Below are positions 1 through 9,744 of a DNA stretch of 64,000 nt, piece after piece. This DNA comes from Candidatus Cloacimonadota bacterium (lineage in GTDB: Bacteria; Cloacimonadota; Cloacimonadia; Cloacimonadales; WRIO01). The DNA lies in contig JAKQQL010000192.1 in the NCBI GenBank assembly GCA_029564175.1, positions 8,753 to 72,752 on the forward strand, in the 5' to 3' direction. The position numbers and the translations under genes are program-made. The notes below the pieces were generated by a model. That model ran no database searches, had not been told where the DNA came from, and worked only from the letters and a program-made list of their open reading frames with translations. Numbering within the stretch: the first letter of the stretch is position 1; every line of letters starts with the position of its first letter.

Positions 1-1
1 A

Positions 2-124
2 ATAATTGAATCTATCTTCCTAATGAACAGATATAAAAGAAGGGATATTCCGGTAGTTGAAAATAATAAAATAATTGGCATCATCAGTTTTATGGATATT
101 TTTAGAAAGATAATAAGAGGATAA
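2..124 (+). CDS. 3' end of a CBS-domain protein (truncated by window start)
   Basis: Own translation IIESIFLMNRYKRRDIPVVENNKIIGIISFMDIFRKIIRG* matches the CBS pattern (M...IPVV...IIGIIS..DI); stop lies 1 nt before the next ATG. Confidence 0.7.
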   Translation: MIESIFLMNRYKRRDIPVVENNKIIGIISFMDIFRKIIRG

Positions 125-125
125 C

Positions 126-1415
126 ATGTTGCAATTACAGGAAATAATAGCATTGAGTGTATTTGTACTCTGCTTTATATTATTTACAAACAGTAAGTTA
201 AATTCTGTTTTGGTAGCTTTATGTGGTGGTTTTTCGATGATTGTTTTTCATATCATCAGTCAGGAAAAAGCCTTTTCAGAGTATGTTGACTGGAATGTCA
301 TTTTTTTGTTAATCGGTATGATGCTTATGATCGGTGTCATTAAAACAACGGGATTATTTGAATATATTGCCCTCAGAACGGCGAAAATTGCCAAAGGAGA
401 GCCGGTCAGAATCTTAATCATGCTCTTTCTGACAACCGCCTTTCTTTCTGCCTTTTTAGACAATGTAACGACCGTCATCATCATTACGCCAATTTCCATA
501 TTAATCGCAGTGGAATTAGGCATTTCTCCACTCCCTTTTGTCATATCTCAGGCGATTGGTTCAAACATCGGCGGTACTGCCACACTGATTGGTGATCCGC
601 CAAACTTAATGATTGGCAGTGCAGCTCATTTAAGTTTTCTTGACTTTGTTTACAATCTAACTCCTGTTATAATAATAGAAGTACTTGTTGGTGCATTATT
701 CTTCTATATATTTTTCAGAAAAAGACTAGTCGTTCAAAACTGGAGAAAAGCAAAAATTCTTGAGTTTGATGAAAAGCAACAGATTACCGATAAAGGGCTC
801 ATGATTTTTTCAATAGTCATATTGGTTTTATTTGTTGTCTTCTTATTCTTCCAGGATTATTTCAAAATCCATGCAGCAACAGTTGCCATTGCCTGTGCCT
901 TAATCCTGATGATCAGAAACAGAAAGAATATCCATACTGAAGAATTCTTTAAAAATGAGATTGAGTGGGATTCCATATTCTTCTTTATAGGGTTGTTTAT
1001 CCTTGTAGGCGGGGTTGATCAGGCAGGTATAATAGATAAAATATCCAATTGGTTAATCGCCTTAACAAATGGTAATATCAGAGCCACATCTGTCATCTTT
1101 GTTTGGGGTTTTGGAATTGCCTCCGGTATCATTAACAATATCCCCTTTGTTGCCACAATGATTCCATTATTAAATAAAATGAGTATCGCATTAGGGGCTC
1201 AAAATGTACTACCCTTATGGTGGTCGCTTGCACTGGGATCTTGTTTAGGTGGAAATGGAACGCTAATCGGCGCATCAGCGAATATCATATCTGCCGGTAT
1301 ATCAAAAAAATCAGGTTTTCCTATCAGCTTCTGGACATTTACAAAATACGGAATGATTATTACTATCATAAACCTAGCTATTTCAAGCGTTTATGTTTAC
1401 TTCAGATATTTTTAA
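126..1415 (+). CDS. ArsB/NhaD (SLC13-like) ion transporter
   Basis: Polytopic hydrophobic protein with SAFLDNVTT, SNIGGTATLIGDPPN and LGGNGTLIGASAN motifs. Confidence 0.9.
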   Translation: MLQLQEIIALSVFVLCFILFTNSKLNSVLVALCGGFSMIVFHIISQEKAFSEYVDWNVIFLLIGMMLMIGVIKTTGLFEYIALRTAKIAKGEPVRILIMLFLTTAFLSAFLDNVTTVIIITPISILIAVELGISPLPFVISQAIGSNIGGTATLIGDPPNLMIGSAAHLSFLDFVYNLTPVIIIEVLVGALFFYIFFRKRLVVQNWRKAKILEFDEKQQITDKGLMIFSIVILVLFVVFLFFQDYFKIHAATVAIACALILMIRNRKNIHTEEFFKNEIEWDSIFFFIGLFILVGGVDQAGIIDKISNWLIALTNGNIRATSVIFVWGFGIASGIINNIPFVATMIPLLNKMSIALGAQNVLPLWWSLALGSCLGGNGTLIGASANIISAGISKKSGFPISFWTFTKYGMIITIINLAISSVYVYFRYF

Positions 1416-1425
1416 CAGAAAAAGC

Positions 1426-1448
1426 AATGAGCCTGAAAAGGCTCATTT
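1426..1448. terminator. Bidirectional intrinsic terminator
   Basis: AATGAGCCT-GAAA-AGGCTCATT hairpin with A-rich and T-rich flanks between convergent genes. Confidence 0.75.
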
Positions 1449-1463
1449 CTTTATATTTTTTAT

Positions 1464-3143
1464 TTAAACTCTTGTCAGTTTTCGGTAAGTAATTCGTTTT
1501 GGAATAAGCGCTTTTTCTCCCAGACGGCGGAGTTTATCTTCTTCATATTCAGAGAAGTTGCCATCAAAGAATTTTACCTGACTTTCTCCTTCAAATGCCA
1601 AAATATGAGTACAAATTCTGTCTAAGAAATAACGATCATGGCTTACGACCATCACACAGCCCGGAAAAGCCTGAATCGCTTCTTCCAAAGCACGAATGGT
1701 GTTAACATCCAAATCGTTGGTTGGTTCGTCAAGCAAGAGCACATTTCCCCCATCCTGTAGAGTTAAAGCCAGATAAACCCTGTTTCTTTCACCACCGGAT
1801 AGTTCACCTACCTTACGGTAGTGATCAGCACTTGGAAAATTAAACCATGAAATATATTGTCTGACAGGGATTTCTCTGCCACCCATCTCAATGACTTCAC
1901 GTTCTTTACCGATCAGCTCAATGATAGACTGATCAGCCTGTAAATCTCTATTCTGATCTACATAAGATAAACGAACGGTTTCGCCGGTTTCAATCGAACC
2001 ACTGTCAGGTGTTTCCTGTCCGGTAATCATTTTAAACAGAGTGGTTTTACCAGCACCATTGGGACCGATAATACCGACAATTCCACCGGCTGGCACGTCA
2101 AAACTCAGATCTTCGATTAACACTTTTGAATCGAAGGCTTTTGAGATGCCATTGATCTTAAACACTTTGTTACCCAGTTTCGGGCCTGCCGGAATAAAGA
2201 GTTCATTGGTCTCATTACGTTTTTCATTGGATTGTTCAACCAGCTTTTCAAAGTTGGATATACGGGCTTTACTTTTTTCATGATTAGCTTTAGGGGTTGC
2301 TCGTATCCATTCCAGTTCTCTGGCAAGTGTCTGAATTCTCTTTTGTTCTTTTTTTTCTTCTTCCATCAGGCTCTTTTGCTTTTGATCAAGCCATGAAGAA
2401 TAATTCCCTTTCCATGGGATACCATAGCCCCTGTCCAGTTCCAGAATCCAGCCGGAAACGTGATCGAGGAAGTAACGGTCATGGGTAACAGCGATTACAG
2501 TACCTTTATAGTTTTGCAGGTGATTTTCAAGCCATAAAACAGTTTCAGCATCCAGATGATTAGTAGGTTCATCGAGTAAAAGAATATCCGGCTCCTGTAA
2601 AAGCAGTTTACACAGAGCCACACGTCTCTTCTCTCCGCCAGAAATCACATCGGCATTCATATCAGATGGCGGGCAACGAAGCGCATTCATCGCCATTTCC
2701 AGACGGCTGTCCAAGTCCCAAATATTGTGAGCATCTAAAGCATCCTGTAAATTTCCCTGTTCTTCAAGGAGTTTATTCATCTGATCATCATCCATCGGTT
2801 CACACATCAGCATACTGATTTCATTGTAACGGTTCATGATGTCCACTTTATCCTGAACTGCTTCCTGAACGCATTCCAGCACAGTTTTTCCTGGTGTCAG
2901 ATGCGGTTCCTGTTCCAGGTAGCCAATGGTATAACCTTTTGTCATGCCGATTCTGCCAACATAATCTTTATCGATTCCTGCCATAATCTTGAGCAGGCTA
3001 CTCTTTCCGGATCCGTTCAAACCGATTACACCGATCTTGGCACCATAATAGTAACCAAGCGAAATGTCTCTTAATACCTGCTTATTACCTGGATAAATCT
3101 TTCCGACTCTATCCATCGAAAATATAACTTTATTTTCTTCCAT
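1464..3143 (-). CDS. ettA: Energy-dependent translational throttle protein EttA (ABC-F)
   Basis: Two ABC domains (GLNGSGKS, GPNGAGKT, SGGE, LLDEPTN); EttA-typical GAKIGVIG, GIPWKGNYSSWL, ELEWIR; likely start MEENK overlaps the mce stop (TAATG). Confidence 0.95.
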   Translation of the reverse strand: MEENKVIFSMDRVGKIYPGNKQVLRDISLGYYYGAKIGVIGLNGSGKSSLLKIMAGIDKDYVGRIGMTKGYTIGYLEQEPHLTPGKTVLECVQEAVQDKVDIMNRYNEISMLMCEPMDDDQMNKLLEEQGNLQDALDAHNIWDLDSRLEMAMNALRCPPSDMNADVISGGEKRRVALCKLLLQEPDILLLDEPTNHLDAETVLWLENHLQNYKGTVIAVTHDRYFLDHVSGWILELDRGYGIPWKGNYSSWLDQKQKSLMEEEKKEQKRIQTLARELEWIRATPKANHEKSKARISNFEKLVEQSNEKRNETNELFIPAGPKLGNKVFKINGISKAFDSKVLIEDLSFDVPAGGIVGIIGPNGAGKTTLFKMITGQETPDSGSIETGETVRLSYVDQNRDLQADQSIIELIGKEREVIEMGGREIPVRQYISWFNFPSADHYRKVGELSGGERNRVYLALTLQDGGNVLLLDEPTNDLDVNTIRALEEAIQAFPGCVMVVSHDRYFLDRICTHILAFEGESQVKFFDGNFSEYEEDKLRRLGEKALIPKRITYRKLTRV

Positions 3144-3544
3144 TAGTGTTTTTCCTGACAAAATTCAACTAAAACGCCATTGGTTGACTTTGGATGTAAA
3201 AAGGCAATATCAGCGCCATGCGCACCTAGGCGTGGTGCTTTATCAATGAGCATAATATCTTTCTCTTCTGCCTGTTGCAATTTTTCAGGTAAATCATCCA
3301 CCTGGAAAGCGATATGTTGAACGCCTTCACCTTTTTTCTCAATATATTTGGCAATCGGACTGTCTTCTGCAGTTGCTTCCAGTAATTCAATACGAACATC
3401 ACCTACCGGTAAAAAAGCAACTCTTACTTTTTGGGAAGGGACTTCTTCAATGGCTTCCAGCTGAAGACCTAATTTTTCGTAGAATTTTATCGCTTCTTCA
3501 AGGTTTTTAACGGCTATGCCGATATGACTGATTTTCTTAACCAT
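3143..3544 (-). CDS. mce: Methylmalonyl-CoA epimerase
   Basis: [34 protein letters not shown]; GGAG RBS before the ATG at 3544 (ORF track starts at 3583). Confidence 0.92.
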   Translation of the reverse strand: MVKKISHIGIAVKNLEEAIKFYEKLGLQLEAIEEVPSQKVRVAFLPVGDVRIELLEATAEDSPIAKYIEKKGEGVQHIAFQVDDLPEKLQQAEEKDIMLIDKAPRLGAHGADIAFLHPKSTNGVLVEFCQEKH

Positions 3545-3573
3545 GATTATCTCCTTTTTTTTCTTTTCATAAG

Positions 3574-3710
3574 TGTAGGACAAGCAACCTGCTTGTCTAC
3601 ATTTAAATACGCAAGCTGGTAGCTTACGTTACATCTTCGCAAGCTGGTAGCTTTTCGTACTACAAGCGTCCCGCTTGTAGCATTTTCTACAAGCAAGATA
3701 CTTGTAGTAC
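3574..3710. repeat. Cluster of five REP-like short palindromes
   Basis: GACAAGC-AACCT-GCTTGTC; two direct copies of CGCAAGCTGGTAGCTT; CTACAAGCG-TCC-CGCTTGTAG; CTACAAGC-AAGAT-ACTTGTAG; GTAG/GTAC-type flanks. Confidence 0.75.
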
Positions 3711-3764
3711 ACACTTCGCTGCGTTGCAAGTCAAGTTCCTGATTCACAATTTGTTTGATTTGTT

Positions 3765-3788
3765 AAAAAAGCCTGCGCAGGGCAGGCT
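3765..3788 (-). terminator. Intrinsic terminator of the oxidoreductase operon
   Basis: Minus strand AGCCTGC-CCTGC-GCAGGCT followed by a T run. Confidence 0.75.
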
Positions 3789-3808
3789 CTTATCTTTTTA
3801 TTGAAATT

Positions 3809-4357
3809 TTATTTAGCATTATCTGCTAATTCAAAACCCAATTGCATCGCTTTCATATTTAAATCAACATGAGCAGATTTAACGGAATTGCGAATTGCAG
3901 TTTCCAATGATTTTTCACTAACGATTTTAGTTGCTCTAACCATAAAAGACAAAGCGACGATATTCATTGGTAAATCAGTACCTAGTTTTTCGAGTGCAAT
4001 TTCAGAGAAAGGCACTTCATATATTTTTCCAACTGTTACAGAAATATTTTTTACCAAGCCTGAATCAACAATCAATACACCATCTTCTTTCATTTCGAAG
4101 ATAAATTTATCGCAGGCTTCCTGAGTTAATGCAATTAAAACATCAATATTCTGTGCTTCAGGAAAATAAATATCTCCATCAGAAATAATGGTATCAGCAC
4201 GGGATGAGCCCCCACGTGATTCAGGTCCATAACTCTGTGTCTGGGTTACTTTATATTTATCGAGCACACCGGCACGGGCTAACACAATACCATCTAAAAT
4301 AAGACCTTGTCCGCCACTACCGCTAAAACGAACTTCTTTACGAAATACCTGGGTCAT
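3809..4357 (-). CDS. korC: 2-oxoacid:ferredoxin oxidoreductase gamma subunit
   Basis: SGSGGQG and QSYGPESRGG motifs; operon context. Confidence 0.9.
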   Translation of the reverse strand: MTQVFRKEVRFSGSGGQGLILDGIVLARAGVLDKYKVTQTQSYGPESRGGSSRADTIISDGDIYFPEAQNIDVLIALTQEACDKFIFEMKEDGVLIVDSGLVKNISVTVGKIYEVPFSEIALEKLGTDLPMNIVALSFMVRATKIVSEKSLETAIRNSVKSAHVDLNMKAMQLGFELADNAK

Positions 4358-5199
4358 TTTGAAGCCTCCTCTTTAGATTTAAACTGAGTGCATAAGTTTT
4401 CATAGGCATCGCAATATTCACGTTTATCAACGTTTCTCAGGATACCGCGAACAATTTTGCCTTCCAGTTGTTCAGGAGACATTTTTGCAACAGCCTGTAC
4501 TGGCACTGAGTTATCTCTCATCTGCATCATCATTTCAGGCGCTCCGCCTTTTCGGTTTAAGCGACCATAAATAACAGGACATGCAGAAACAACTTCAACT
4601 AAAGAAAATCCTTTGTGTTCAAGTGCCTGTTTAATCAGACCTTGAGCTTCGATCGCATGAAAAGCTGTCGTTCTTGCAACGAATGTTGCTCCAGCACCCA
4701 TTGCCAGATCACAGATATCGAAAGTAGGATCAATATTACCATAAGGGCAGGTCGTTGCACGATCACCGGTAGGCGTGGTAGGTGAATACTGACCACCGGT
4801 CATACCGTAAATATTGTTGTTAATCAGAATCATGGTAATATCAATGTTACGACGGCAGGCATGGATAAAATGATTACCACCAATAGCAGTCGCATCACCA
4901 TCACCGGTAATAACAATCACTTTTTGTTCCGGCTTCTGGAATTTTACACCGGTAGCAAATGGAATGGCACGACCATGTAGTGTATGTAATGTGTTAAAAT
5001 CCACATAAACAGGCATACGGGAAGAACAACCAATACCAGATACCATTGTGATACCATCACGGTTATAGTTTAATTCTGCAATAGCACGGATAATGTCACC
5101 CAGAACAATCCCGTTACTACAGCCGGCACACCAGACATGCGGGAATTTTTTATTGTGTCTTAAATATTTATGAATGACTCTTTGTGGGATATTTGCCAT
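4354..5199 (-). CDS. korB: 2-oxoacid:ferredoxin oxidoreductase beta subunit (TPP-binding)
   Basis: WCAGC, SGIGCS, HGRA, GDGD...NN and YGMTGGQ motifs. Confidence 0.93.
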   Translation of the reverse strand: MANIPQRVIHKYLRHNKKFPHVWCAGCSNGIVLGDIIRAIAELNYNRDGITMVSGIGCSSRMPVYVDFNTLHTLHGRAIPFATGVKFQKPEQKVIVITGDGDATAIGGNHFIHACRRNIDITMILINNNIYGMTGGQYSPTTPTGDRATTCPYGNIDPTFDICDLAMGAGATFVARTTAFHAIEAQGLIKQALEHKGFSLVEVVSACPVIYGRLNRKGGAPEMMMQMRDNSVPVQAVAKMSPEQLEGKIVRGILRNVDKREYCDAYENLCTQFKSKEEASK

Positions 5200-5200
5200 T

Positions 5201-6409
5201 TTAATGTACCTCCTTGATCACCTGGAAAATGTGACTTGGCGTAATCATTTCGCCATCAGTGCGCTGAATAGGGATTAATTTTCCATCGCCTTTGTCTTTA
5301 GTCAGTCGTTGTAATTCATGAATCATCTGTCCTTCGTTCAATTCAGGAACGATAACAGTATCTACATCACGAAGCATTTTACGAACTGCGTCATCAGGGA
5401 AAGGCCAAATAGTGATCGGACGTAAGAGACCCACTTTAATACCATATTCACGGGCAGATTTGATCGCTGCTTTTGCAGAACGGGCACAGATACCGGCTGC
5501 AAAGATAGCAATTGTTGCATCTTCCATCATATAGCTTTCAATCTGAACCAGATCTCTGATATTATGGGTAATCTTGCATTTGAGACGTTTCATCATGGTA
5601 GCCACTTCACTTGCCTTGTTGGTTGGGAAACCAAGCGCATCGTGAGCCAGACCGGTTACATGGAAACGGTAACCTTCGCCATAGCTGGCAACAGGTGAAA
5701 GATATTTTTGATTCTCATCATAATGTTTATACCATTCTGGTGGAACGGTTGGTTTTAAACGATTAATAATTCGGACATTGGAAATATCAGGCAGTTTAAC
5801 CGCTTCACGCATATGACCTAAAACTTCATCCAGCAATAAGGTAACACAGGTTCTGTATTTTTCTGCAAGATTTATTGCACGGATCGCCAACTCATAACAT
5901 TCCTTCACAGTATGCGGATAAAGCACAATCGCAGGAGCATCACCATGTGAGCCCCATTTTGACTGCATGATATCACTCTGTGACGGTTTGGTTGGTAAAC
6001 CGGTACTTGGACCGCCACGTTGAACATCAACCACAACACAAGGGGTTTCGGTAATTTTAGCATAACCGATACCTTCCTGCATTAAAGAAAAGCCAGGTCC
6101 GCTGGTAGCAGTCATTGCTTTAGCACCAGCCAGAGAAGCACCAATAATGGCACAAATACTGGCAATTTCATCTTCCATCTGAATAAATTTTCCGCCTCTT
6201 TTTGGTAATTCACTGGATAAAATCTCAGCAATTTCTGTAGAAGGTGTGATCGGATAGCCTGCATAAAAATTTAAACCAGCAGCAAGGGCGCCCATAGCAA
6301 CTGCTTCATTTCCCTGCATTAATACCACTTTACGGGTATCAGCAGACTGAGTATCTGCTGGTTGAATTTCTACCACTTTTTCGTTCAGTTTTTCGTTCTT
6401 TTTTGACAT
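5201..6409 (-). CDS. korA: 2-oxoacid:ferredoxin oxidoreductase alpha subunit
   Basis: GNEA, YPITPS, QMEDE, TATSGPG, QRGGPSTG motifs. Confidence 0.93.
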   Translation of the reverse strand: MSKKNEKLNEKVVEIQPADTQSADTRKVVLMQGNEAVAMGALAAGLNFYAGYPITPSTEIAEILSSELPKRGGKFIQMEDEIASICAIIGASLAGAKAMTATSGPGFSLMQEGIGYAKITETPCVVVDVQRGGPSTGLPTKPSQSDIMQSKWGSHGDAPAIVLYPHTVKECYELAIRAINLAEKYRTCVTLLLDEVLGHMREAVKLPDISNVRIINRLKPTVPPEWYKHYDENQKYLSPVASYGEGYRFHVTGLAHDALGFPTNKASEVATMMKRLKCKITHNIRDLVQIESYMMEDATIAIFAAGICARSAKAAIKSAREYGIKVGLLRPITIWPFPDDAVRKMLRDVDTVIVPELNEGQMIHELQRLTKDKGDGKLIPIQRTDGEMITPSHIFQVIKEVH

Positions 6410-6421
6410 TTCATAACCTCC

Positions 6422-6721
6422 TTAACGCTTAGCTCCGGTAATCGCAAAATCAGGGCATAAGCGATCGCAAGTTTCACAGTGAATACATTTTTCAGGAAAC
6501 TCAACAAAAGGAGTTCCATCGGCTTTTCTGCCTAAGCATTTTGTTGGACAAAACGCTACACAGATACCGCATTTTTTACACCATTCGTAATAAATATACA
6601 CGGGTGATAATTTGTAGTCCACATTTTCTTTTTCTTCTGTGACTTCTACTTCCATCAGCTCGCGTGCATCGCCGTCTGTTAATATCTGTCCTTCTTTGGA
6701 CTTAGACGTTTTAGCAGCCAT
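6422..6721 (-). CDS. korD: Oxidoreductase delta subunit (2x[4Fe-4S] ferredoxin)
   Basis: CKKCGICVAFCP and CIHCETCDRLCP; GGAGGCGAGG RBS before the ATG at 6721. Confidence 0.88.
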   Translation of the reverse strand: MAAKTSKSKEGQILTDGDARELMEVEVTEEKENVDYKLSPVYIYYEWCKKCGICVAFCPTKCLGRKADGTPFVEFPEKCIHCETCDRLCPDFAITGAKR

Positions 6722-6956
6722 CCTCGCCTCCAAATCTTCTCATCTTTATAAGACAAAAGATATAATCACTAAAAAAAGGGCAAGTTTTTTATTCAAATTT
6801 TTCTCTATTCTTGCCCTAAACTGCTTCTATTAAAGGATTAAGAGGGATTTATGAACCTCTTTAAAACAGACTTGTTTTTATAGAATTATCTGATTTTGGG
6901 TCTTTTTTTACTTATTTTTTTAAAAATGAATACTTTAAATCTCTATTTTTTAAAGC

Positions 6957-7340
6957 TTATGACTCATGCTGTTTTTTTTCAACCTTGATTACTTTAAACT
7001 GCTTTACGCCTCCAGGCATTTTCCATTCAATTTCATCACCCTGACGATATCCGATTAAAGCGGTTCCTATGGGTGCTAAAACGGATATCTTGCCTTCTTT
7101 ATAATCGGCTTCATCCGGATAAACCAGCGCAATCACTTTCTCAAGTCCACTTTGCAAATCAAGCAGGGTAACAGTGGATTCCATCGAAATCACATCTGAA
7201 GGAACATCCTGCAGTGGCAATACTTTGGCTTTGTTTAATTCTTTCCTTAATGCAATGGCATTGACATCTTGTACATGTTCTTGATTTAAAACCGCATCAA
7301 GCCTTAACTTATCATTTAACGAAATAATGAGTTCAACCAT
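6957..7340 (-). CDS. rnk: Nucleoside diphosphate kinase regulator Rnk (GreA/GreB family)
   Basis: VPSDVISMES, LVYPDEAD, ISVLAPIGTALIG; lacks the long Gre coiled coil; GGAGGAAG RBS before the ATG at 7340. Confidence 0.88.
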   Translation of the reverse strand: MVELIISLNDKLRLDAVLNQEHVQDVNAIALRKELNKAKVLPLQDVPSDVISMESTVTLLDLQSGLEKVIALVYPDEADYKEGKISVLAPIGTALIGYRQGDEIEWKMPGGVKQFKVIKVEKKQHES

Positions 7341-7527
7341 GTCCTTCCTCCGTAATTGATTTTGAATTGCTTTTGACCTTAATTCTCCTATCACCCTGTT
7401 TATCAATATAACCTGATTTTTCAAACATGCTACTAAAAACTTAATTTGAATGAAAATTAGTAATAACGCATACCCTTTATCTGCTTTTTATTTTGTATCT
7501 CAAGCACAGTTAACAGACGCAAAAATG

Positions 7528-7782
7528 TGTCATTCTGAGCCTGCGTAATCGCGAAGCGCTGAGCGTAGTGAAGCAAAGAACAATATCCTATAGAACTGCT
7601 TGCATCTAAAAAATATAGTCAATACCTGAACAGATAAAGAAGTTTTTTATACAACCACAGAAGGCACTGAAATCTACGAAGGCTACAAACAAGATGATCG
7701 TAATGCTGATCTCGGATTTACGTCATTCCGCTACGCTCCATTTCGCAAATCCCTACAAACCTATCATTCTCCGCGACTCTGC
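7528..7782. repeat. Patch of degenerate GC-rich intergenic palindromic repeats
   Basis: TGTCATTCTGAGC...GCGAAGC...GAGCGTAGTGAAG (7528-7573); AACCACAGAAGGCACTGA (7653-7670); GGATTTACG...CGCTACGCT...CGCAAATCC hairpin (7714-7752). Confidence 0.5.
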
Positions 7783-7932
7783 ATGAAAATAGAGTTGAAG
7801 ACCATTGGCTTAATACACTTGAAATTCTATATAATCTTTCAGATTTCTCCAAGATTGAAAAGAGAATATATTGAGAATCTATTTGCTTTTGTATGTAAAC
7901 CTATTAGTTTATCCAGAAGAGAGGATGAGAAT

Positions 7933-8493
7933 ATGAGAGTCTTTTTCAAAAACAAAGTACATGATTACCCCAAACAAGCGGGGGATTGTTATCTGGCATG
8001 GTATAATCAGGGAAAAAATTGTATTCTGAAAAAGAAACCAGTATTTGTCTGTAAAGCCCAGCATATCAAAATTCAAGTCATCAATCAAATCAGTTTAAAA
8101 CTGTGGACAGAACAAGGTCATAAAGTTAAAAGGGATATGGCAGAATATGCCAGACAATATAAACTCACCTACCCTGGTTTAAGAAAACGGGGAGTCAGTG
8201 CTTACAGTATTTTTCTGAAGATTACGCATGCACTCATCAAAAGATTTTCTCTGGCATTCCTGGAAGAATCCCTGTTGACAGACACCTTAAGAGTCTTGTT
8301 AAAAGGACTGAGTGTGTACAAATGTGTTCTGAATAAACTTTTAAACAAGGTACCTGGCATATATCGTTTTAATCATAAAACAGATGAAGTCTCTTGTCAA
8401 AATTTTTGCATAAAAAAAAGCTACTTTTTGAATAATGATAGCTTGAATCATTTACAACAAGTAGTCTCGCCTGATTTTTGCAATACAGGTTAA
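7933..8493 (+). CDS. Basic hypothetical protein
   Basis: Lys/Arg-rich open frame; GAGGA RBS before MRVFFKNK at 7933 (ORF track starts at 7783). Confidence 0.6.
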   Translation: MRVFFKNKVHDYPKQAGDCYLAWYNQGKNCILKKKPVFVCKAQHIKIQVINQISLKLWTEQGHKVKRDMAEYARQYKLTYPGLRKRGVSAYSIFLKITHALIKRFSLAFLEESLLTDTLRVLLKGLSVYKCVLNKLLNKVPGIYRFNHKTDEVSCQNFCIKKSYFLNNDSLNHLQQVVSPDFCNTG

Positions 8494-8555
8494 ATCAAGA
8501 AGGATAAAACCTGTATTATCACTAACTGCTTAATAATTTATTGTATTTTAAAAGA

Positions 8556-9362
8556 TTAGAGATATTTCAGTAATTCTTCTTCTCTCAGTTGGGCATAAAG
8601 TTCAATATAAGGTTTAATCGGGCTGGAAGCAATCTTGGTAAACAATACTTCTTCGACCTGAAATAAACCGACAGACTGGCTCATTTGTACCAGAATTCTA
8701 ATAGGTTTATGCTCTCCCTGTAAAATCGTTACTTTTTGTATTGCTGTTGCGGAATACTTATGAATATCTCCAACACGTGGTTTATCATTCAATAAAGTAG
8801 TAATTCTGGCTCTGCCATGTTCCATATCGCAACCATCGCCCACCAGTACCAGTCCTGCTTCTATAGAATGAATTTTCTGAGTTGCCATGTGCCCGAATAT
8901 TGCCTCCTGAGTAATCGAGCGAACAGCTACCTTCTTATTGATTTCTTCCTGAGAATAGATAGCATCGAGCACTTTATCAATAAAAGGTCTGGCCAGTTCA
9001 AGACTAATCAGTTCATGCTTGTCACGTGTGATTGCCATACCCAGATCATGAAATATAGAGGCCATAAAAACGGCCAGTCTGGAATCTTCTGCTTCTGCGA
9101 CATCTTCTTTTTCAAGACTCATTTTAATTTGGTTTTCAATCAATAAGTTAAACATAGTCATGGCATTCAGGGCTGCCTTTCTCATGTGAACCGGACCGTG
9201 ATCATTATAGCCGAGTCTTTTAATAGAAACATTATTGGCATATTCCTGCATTGCCTGTAATTCGATATCATTAAAAATCATTTCTGCTGCCTGAAGTGTT
9301 TTCCCTTTCAAGCTGTCGAGGATTTTATGTTCCAGCGATATCTGTTTTGCTGATTTATTCAT
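8556..9362 (-). CDS. HD-superfamily phosphohydrolase (COG3294-like)
   Basis: RLGYNDHGPVH, FHDLG, GH, DGCDMEHGRAR, DIHKYSA, AGLFQ-like SVGLFQVEE. Confidence 0.85.
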   Translation of the reverse strand: MNKSAKQISLEHKILDSLKGKTLQAAEMIFNDIELQAMQEYANNVSIKRLGYNDHGPVHMRKAALNAMTMFNLLIENQIKMSLEKEDVAEAEDSRLAVFMASIFHDLGMAITRDKHELISLELARPFIDKVLDAIYSQEEINKKVAVRSITQEAIFGHMATQKIHSIEAGLVLVGDGCDMEHGRARITTLLNDKPRVGDIHKYSATAIQKVTILQGEHKPIRILVQMSQSVGLFQVEEVLFTKIASSPIKPYIELYAQLREEELLKYL

Positions 9363-9687
9363 TTTACTTACTCCTTTTTATGTTTTTCGTACGACAAACA
9401 TCATGTTTGTAGCAAAGCTTTTTTCTTCTCTTATGCTTTAAATTCGCTAAAAAATAAAGCTAATCTTGATAATATAAGACAAATAGCAAAATAATGCCAA
9501 TTTTTTTAAAAGAAACTTTCAAAAAACAAAAAATTCTATCTTCTCTCATCTTTGAAAAATTAAGCGTTCTTTTTTAAAGCCTTCCATTTTTTTATTATAA
9601 CATATCAGATTTTCACCATTTATACCGATTAGACAGAATAATCGTTCTCCTATTAACCCATTACCTCATATTTTTTTCTTTTTTTTA

Positions 9688-9716
9688 TTGACTGAATTCC
9701 ATTATTATAATATAAG
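9688..9716 (+). promoter_or_regulatory. Putative sigma70 promoter of the fumarase operon
   Basis: TTGACT-N17-TATAAG just upstream of the RBS. Confidence 0.5.
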
Positions 9717-9744
9717 TGATAAAAAATGACATAAAGAGGGTGAA

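Noticed and set aside
3547-3747. 66-aa ORF, or a possible CRISPR mini-array
   Set aside because: The frame runs through palindromic repeats; units are heterogeneous with no regular unique spacers, and no cas genes are present
7341-7424. N-terminal extensions in the ORF track (rnk; similarly mce, pepD, fmt, fumarase beta, EamA, pgeF)
   Set aside because: Better RBS-linked or homology-consistent downstream starts exist
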